Part shown: positions 15,833 to 20,000 of the stretch, piece by piece
Layout of the letters: every line of letters starts with the position of its first letter
Numbering within the stretch: the stretch's first letter is position 1
Origin: an uncultured virus (IMG/VR IMGVR_UViG_3300029448_000016)
Taxonomy: Duplodnaviria > Heunggongvirae > Uroviricota > Caudoviricetes
Direction: 5' to 3' (one strand)
IMG/VR virus record: IMGVR_UViG_3300029448_000016
Length of the DNA stretch: 20,000 nucleotides
Notes under the pieces: generated by a model
Database searches by the model: none
Told to the model about the DNA's origin: nothing
What the model saw: only the letters and a program-made list of their open reading frames with translations
Made by a program: the position numbers and the translations under genes

Positions 15833-16786
15833 ATGGCGCGCGATGATTACGGTGCTATCTCTGTAATCTCTGATGAAGAACGTGAAGCATTAGGACTAGG
15901 AGATAGAAAACCTGAGGAAGATGAAGAAGGTCTATTTGAGACAATCGGTAAAGCAGGAGATAAACTTGGTGAGACAAAACTAGGTAAAAAGCTTGGTTCA
16001 ATTCTTACAGTTTTAATTTTAGCCTTTTTTGGAGGCGGAGGAGATTTAAGTGCGTTTGAAAACATTTTTGGAGGAGAGGAAGAGCCCATATCGAAGGGTG
16101 GATGTATGGACGTTGGAGCTATCAATTATAAAAAAGATGCAACTTTTGATAATGGTAGTTGTGTATTCCCTCCTCCTGTTGTGTATGGATGTACTAACCC
16201 CGATGCAGATAATTATAACTCACAAGCTACTCATGATAATGGTAGGTGTCAGTTCCTTGGCGGACCAGTAGATAATGGTACGGGTAACGAAACACAAACT
16301 AACGAAACAGTATATGGTTGTATGGATATAGATGCTGAGAACTTTAACGACCGAGCTGAGGAAGATGACGGTAGTTGTGAATATGAAGAGTATGAATGTA
16401 CATCTAACAGAACCTATTTTTATAATGGTATGGAATTTGGAAACTATTCTAGAGAATCTAATTCTTTAAATATAACAGTAGATATTGATACAGATTGTGA
16501 CCAAGACACATTACCAGTTATGGTTTATTATGATATAGGTCATATGAAAGTAAACGATGATAACGAAACAGTATGGAATGGTTACATGTATAATAATTAC
16601 TTTTTCAATGTTACTGGATGGGAAGGTAATGAGTATCAGTTATCATCAGGACCAGAATACTTTACAGAACCTTATACAGGATGGTATATGGTATATGTGA
16701 ATTTATACGCTGATTATAATAGAGATGGCAATTACGAGTATGTTAATTATTTTTATATAGATGAAATCATTTTGGAGGAGGAGTGA
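15833..16786 (+). CDS. membrane-anchored acidic protein with three Cys-bracketed GCxD/NxxAxNY..DxGSC repeats
   Basis: TM LGSILTVLILAFFG; repeats GCMDVGAINY…DNGSC, GCTNPDADNY…DNGRC, GCMDIDAENF…DDGSC; many N-x-S/T sequons. Confidence 0.8.
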   Translation: MARDDYGAISVISDEEREALGLGDRKPEEDEEGLFETIGKAGDKLGETKLGKKLGSILTVLILAFFGGGGDLSAFENIFGGEEEPISKGGCMDVGAINYKKDATFDNGSCVFPPPVVYGCTNPDADNYNSQATHDNGRCQFLGGPVDNGTGNETQTNETVYGCMDIDAENFNDRAEEDDGSCEYEEYECTSNRTYFYNGMEFGNYSRESNSLNITVDIDTDCDQDTLPVMVYYDIGHMKVNDDNETVWNGYMYNNYFFNVTGWEGNEYQLSSGPEYFTEPYTGWYMVYVNLYADYNRDGNYEYVNYFYIDEIILEEE

Positions 16787-16905
16787 AAGCAAAACATATG
16801 CTTATCCTAACTAAAATGCTATCTACAATAATATCTGAACTGGATGATATGAAAGCTATCTTAAAAGAAGCTGTTATGGATGAGAGTTACGGAGACGAGG
16901 AGTGA
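16783..16905 (+). CDS. 40-aa hypothetical protein (GTG start)
   Basis: MKAKHMLILTKMLSTIISELDDMKAILKEAVMDESYGDEE; GTGA-coupled at both ends, GGAGG SD. Confidence 0.65.
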   Translation: MKAKHMLILTKMLSTIISELDDMKAILKEAVMDESYGDEE

Positions 16906-17426
16906 TAGAATGGATAGAAGTACTAGAGATATTAGCAGTCACAATGGCTGCAATGGGTTGTGTACTTGCTTTCGGGGTACTTGTGGGATTTGCGCGCCGC
17001 TTATTAACACAAGAAAAAACCACGATAGTCGAAGTGATAAAAACAAAGAAGGAGAAAAAACCAATGAGTAAAGAAGCAAGAGAAGGAGTCACATTCAATG
17101 ACATATTTATGTTTATGATAGCAGTGCCTTTAGTTTTACTGTGGGTTGGGTTTGCAGGGTTCGTTATACACACCGGACTTAATAACTCATCTGTCCTTGA
17201 AAACATAGAAGCATATACAACTTTGATAGCTATATTAGGTGGGCCAGCCCTTCTAATTATCAAAGATGCTTTAGATGTTTGGAAACAAGAACAAGCAGAG
17301 AAGACTGCTTTCTATAAAATCAAAGCTCAAGCAGTTATTGATTATAATGATGACGTACTTAAACAAGCACAGTCTATAGAAAGTAAAGCACAAGAACAAG
17401 AACATAAAATGGAAAACAAAAAATGA
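16902..17426 (+). CDS. membrane protein with about 3 TM segments
   Basis: Hydrophobic stretches at aa ~11-31, ~68-89, ~107-120. Confidence 0.75.
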   Translation: MIEWIEVLEILAVTMAAMGCVLAFGVLVGFARRLLTQEKTTIVEVIKTKKEKKPMSKEAREGVTFNDIFMFMIAVPLVLLWVGFAGFVIHTGLNNSSVLENIEAYTTLIAILGGPALLIIKDALDVWKQEQAEKTAFYKIKAQAVIDYNDDVLKQAQSIESKAQEQEHKMENKK

Positions 17427-17554
17427 ACGACTTTGAATTAAAAAGTTTGTACCAACAAGTACAACAAATGAAGGCTAAATTGGATTTAGCCATAGAACAC
17501 ACAAAACAAAAAGACTGCGGTTGCGAATGTGATTGTAGTAAAAAGGAGGAATAA
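17423..17554 (+). CDS. 43-aa peptide, coiled coil + CxCxCxC
   Basis: MNDFELKSLYQQVQQMKAKLDLAIEHTKQKDCGCECDCSKKEE; ATGA overlap. Confidence 0.65.
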   Translation: MNDFELKSLYQQVQQMKAKLDLAIEHTKQKDCGCECDCSKKEE

Positions 17555-17555
17555 A

Positions 17556-17849
17556 ATGCCAACAGAAAAAATATATAACAACCTTTTGAAAGGTGAACAT
17601 TTTCATAAGAATAACGCAGATATGAAGTTGGATTTTGCGAAACCTTCCAAAGCAGAAATAGATGAGATGAATTATAAAAAACCAATCACATCCTACGAAA
17701 GCTTACCAGATAAGCCATTTAAATTGAATGAAGATTCAGGGAACGGACTATCTAAGGAAGGGTTTTCAAATATCCATACTTTAGAATATTTAGGAAGAGT
17801 TAAAGACTTACCTAATGATAGCTCAAGTATAACAAAAAGAGAAGAATAA
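17556..17849 (+). CDS. hypothetical protein (start MPTEKI)
   Basis: AGGAGG SD upstream of ATG 17556. Confidence 0.7.
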   Translation: MPTEKIYNNLLKGEHFHKNNADMKLDFAKPSKAEIDEMNYKKPITSYESLPDKPFKLNEDSGNGLSKEGFSNIHTLEYLGRVKDLPNDSSSITKREE

Positions 17850-17851
17850 AT

Positions 17852-18091
17852 ATGAATCAAAATAAGAAATACGATATAGATAAGACCCTTACAATGAGAA
17901 AAAGTGGTTCTGGTGAGAAAGTCTTTAGTCACGAAGGTGGTAAGACTCATGCACTAGAACACAAAGCTATTTCTAAGGAAGAGGCACTCAAACAGATTAG
18001 AGATGTTACAGAAAGCGAAATCGCTAGTAGAGAACATCATGGTCATCATATCGGTAAAAAACAACAATCTAAAACAAAATATAGGAATTAA
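17852..18091 (+). CDS. hypothetical basic, His-rich protein
   Basis: 79-aa ORF tightly packed in the operon. Confidence 0.7.
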   Translation: MNQNKKYDIDKTLTMRKSGSGEKVFSHEGGKTHALEHKAISKEEALKQIRDVTESEIASREHHGHHIGKKQQSKTKYRN

Positions 18092-18093
18092 TT

Positions 18094-18369
18094 ATGGCTC
18101 CGCGTAAAAAAACGACCGCAGCTAAAAAGAAACAAGCAGCGGCACGTAAGAGAAAAGGTGGGTCGAATGCAGGAAAGTATAAAGGAGTAAAGGCATTTGC
18201 TGGACCTTCTGGTGGCGCGCCAGCCGGTACCTTCCCTATCAACACACTTGCTCGTGCGAAGTCGGCTATTAAACTATCAGGCAATGCTCCAAGACCAGCA
18301 GGTATTAGAGCCGCCGTATATAGAAAATATCCACAACTTAGACCAAAAGCTAAAGGGAGGAAAAAATAA
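18094..18369 (+). CDS. very basic small protein
   Basis: 91 aa, K/R/A/G-rich, no acidic residues. Confidence 0.75.
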   Translation: MAPRKKTTAAKKKQAAARKRKGGSNAGKYKGVKAFAGPSGGAPAGTFPINTLARAKSAIKLSGNAPRPAGIRAAVYRKYPQLRPKAKGRKK

Positions 18370-18545
18370 TGGTAGCAAAGAAGAAAGGCTTGTATGCAAA
18401 CATACATGCTAAACGTAAACGCATTAAAAAGGGTTCAGGCGAAAAGATGAAGAAGAAAGGAGCCAAAGGACGCCCAACAGCTAAACAATTTAAAAAAGCA
18501 GCCAAGACTGCTAAAAAGAGAACATACAAGAGGAAAAAGAAATAA
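18369..18545 (+). CDS. 58-aa very basic protein (GLYANIHAKRKRIK..GSGEKM type)
   Basis: Hand translation MVAKKKGLYANIHAKRKRIKKGSGEKMKKKGAKGRPTAKQFKKAAKTAKKRTYKRKKK; TAATG-coupled on both sides. Confidence 0.8.
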   Translation: MVAKKKGLYANIHAKRKRIKKGSGEKMKKKGAKGRPTAKQFKKAAKTAKKRTYKRKKK

Positions 18546-18832
18546 TGGCACCTAAAAAGAAAAAAGATGCTAAGTTAACTAGAGCTGGAGTATCAGCTTA
18601 TAATAAACCTAAGAGAACCCCGAACCACCCTAAAAAGTCACACGTGGTTGTGGCTAAAGAAGGAGGTAAGACTAAATTAATTAGATTTGGTCAACAAGGT
18701 GTTAGCACAGCAGGTAAGAAGATGGACCCTAAGTCCAAAGCCCGAAGAAAGAGTTTTAAAGCGCGTCACGCTAAGAATATCAAACGGGGTAAAATGTCTG
18801 CTGCATACTGGGCTAATAAAGTTAAATGGTAA
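18545..18832 (+). CDS. very basic conserved viral protein
   Basis: KRTPNHPKKSHVV…IRFGQQG…RRKSFKARH…SAAYWANKVKW, a pattern I recall from aquatic phage hypotheticals. Confidence 0.8.
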   Translation: MAPKKKKDAKLTRAGVSAYNKPKRTPNHPKKSHVVVAKEGGKTKLIRFGQQGVSTAGKKMDPKSKARRKSFKARHAKNIKRGKMSAAYWANKVKW

Positions 18833-18842
18833 TCTTTATATA
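18828..18842 (+). promoter_or_regulatory. putative late promoter GGTAATCTTTATATA
   Basis: Matches 15796-15810; overlaps the stop codon of the upstream gene. Confidence 0.7.
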
Positions 18843-18944
18843 CTAGGGCCTTCTAAATATAATAGGCTCTCACAGTAGGGCCAAAGCTTCACAGGATACT
18901 TATCGCAAGCGTCTTTGAGGGAGCCCAAACAACAAAGGACAACT

Positions 18945-19376
18945 ATGTCAAATAATACAAACAATGAAACAGCAGCCAACGAAACAGCTGACGATGGAAA
19001 TATCACAGCTCTTCTTGAGACTGTAGAAGAATCTGGAATGTTAGACCAAATAATGGACGAACCAATTTTAGCAGGATTAACTACTATGGTATTAATTTTA
19101 GCTAGCGCAGTAGCTTATCAAGTACCCGCAGTTAAAGAATTAATATTCAAGTACTTAAAAAATAACGAAGCTGAATTGATGAAGATGTTAGATGGAAATC
19201 TAAGCAAAGCCCAGATGAAAGCTTTTGAAAAGCTAGATGAACAAGCACAGAAGCACGTAAAAGACTCATTAGTTCGAAATGTATTGATAACAGCATGGGA
19301 TGAGAAAGACGACGAACTTGCCGCATTAGTCAAGTCTAAAGTCAAATCAGCCCTTGATGAAGGCAAATCACTTTGA
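18945..19376 (+). CDS. single-TM membrane protein (start MSNNTN at 18945)
   Basis: AAGGA SD; TM ILAGLTTMVLILASAVAY; N-terminal N-x-T sequons. Confidence 0.7.
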   Translation: MSNNTNNETAANETADDGNITALLETVEESGMLDQIMDEPILAGLTTMVLILASAVAYQVPAVKELIFKYLKNNEAELMKMLDGNLSKAQMKAFEKLDEQAQKHVKDSLVRNVLITAWDEKDDELAALVKSKVKSALDEGKSL

Positions 19377-19708
19377 ACGTAGAGGATTACGAGCAGCGGT
19401 TACGTCAGCGAGTAGGAGAAGGGGAATATGAACGTCATAAAGAACTTGTACGCTTGCTGGCTCGCAATCTTGCTCTTGAAGACATACTTTGGGAAGAAAT
19501 TCTTGTATGTATTCGGGATGTACACGCTCGAACAGAGCTCTTGCGTCAAAGAAATACAATCGTTAAAGACATACATACAGAGTTCAGAGCGCTGAACATA
19601 GAAGTACCTACGACTGTAGAAAAGAATACCGAAGCCTTTGCTTCATTTTTAGGAGAATTGTCAGATGATAAAGGAACAGAAGAATCTAAAAAGCCTGATG
19701 ACAGGTAA
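19373..19708 (+). CDS. putative terminase small subunit
   Basis: 111-aa helical protein immediately upstream of and overlapping the large subunit (positional inference). Confidence 0.5.
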   Translation: MNVEDYEQRLRQRVGEGEYERHKELVRLLARNLALEDILWEEILVCIRDVHARTELLRQRNTIVKDIHTEFRALNIEVPTTVEKNTEAFASFLGELSDDKGTEESKKPDDR

Positions 19709-20000
19709 AGGTGGATTAGATTCAAGAAGTTTAGAGAAAATATTCAAACAATGTAGACAAGATAAGGAAAAAATGCGCAAATTGCTTAAAGCTTTTTGTA
19801 CAACATATCTTATCGACGGTGAACAACGACCATTACTACTTAGGCCATTACAAGAAGATATAGTTTTAGAATGTTTAATGGAAAGAGATGACGACAAACA
19901 AACTAAATTAGCAATATTAGCTCCACGAGGCAGTGGGAAATCGTTCGCATTGTCTGTAGCGGTGACTATATATATGTTTTTTAATAGATTTAGAGATTTA
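19665..20000 (+). CDS. terminase large subunit, N-terminal part (runs off window)
   Basis: Hand translation from ATG 19665 (AGGAG SD): …LLLRPLQEDIV…LAILAPRGSGKSFAL: adenine-binding Q motif + terminase-style Walker A. Confidence 0.8.
   Translation, partial: MIKEQKNLKSLMTGKGGLDSRSLEKIFKQCRQDKEKMRKLLKAFCTTYLIDGEQRPLLLRPLQEDIVLECLMERDDDKQTKLAILAPRGSGKSFALSVAVTIYMFFNRFRDL

Noticed and set aside
8523..19897. Minus-strand and alternate-frame track ORFs in the right arm
   Set aside because: They overlap well-supported, coupled plus-strand genes and lack recognisable motifs.

Overview
This window looks like part of the genome of a tailed dsDNA virus with an archaeal host. The evidence is TATA/BRE-type promoters about 21-24 nt upstream of leaderless ATGs, GGAGG(TGA) Shine-Dalgarno sites, a terminase at the right end, and GCxD/NxxAxNY...DxGSC repeats. 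A marine Poseidoniales virus ('magrovirus') is my inference and is not proven. There are two divergent arms that switch at about 8.2-8.5 kb. The left arm (minus strand) carries a CobT-like HExxH protein, a MoxR/CobS-type AAA+ ATPase, a repeat-rich non-coding block (3.3-3.77 kb) and a regular array (3.77-6.98 kb). In that array a 32-bp palindrome+TATA repeat delimits four cassettes. Each cassette holds a repeat-linked promoter and a second, repeat-less promoter, driving tiny ORFs and, in three cases, 220-415 nt structured ORF-free RNAs. The right arm (plus strand) carries a sugar/nucleotide modification cluster (DUF1599-like, NDP-sugar epimerase, two GT2-like, propeller, TPR, FkbM, 2OG-Fe(II) oxygenase), a Cas4-like nuclease, membrane proteins, three very basic small proteins and the start of the terminase operon. 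The best novelty candidate is the promoter-cassette array together with its ~415-nt promoter-driven structured ncRNA. All family calls come from motif recognition by eye; no searches were run.
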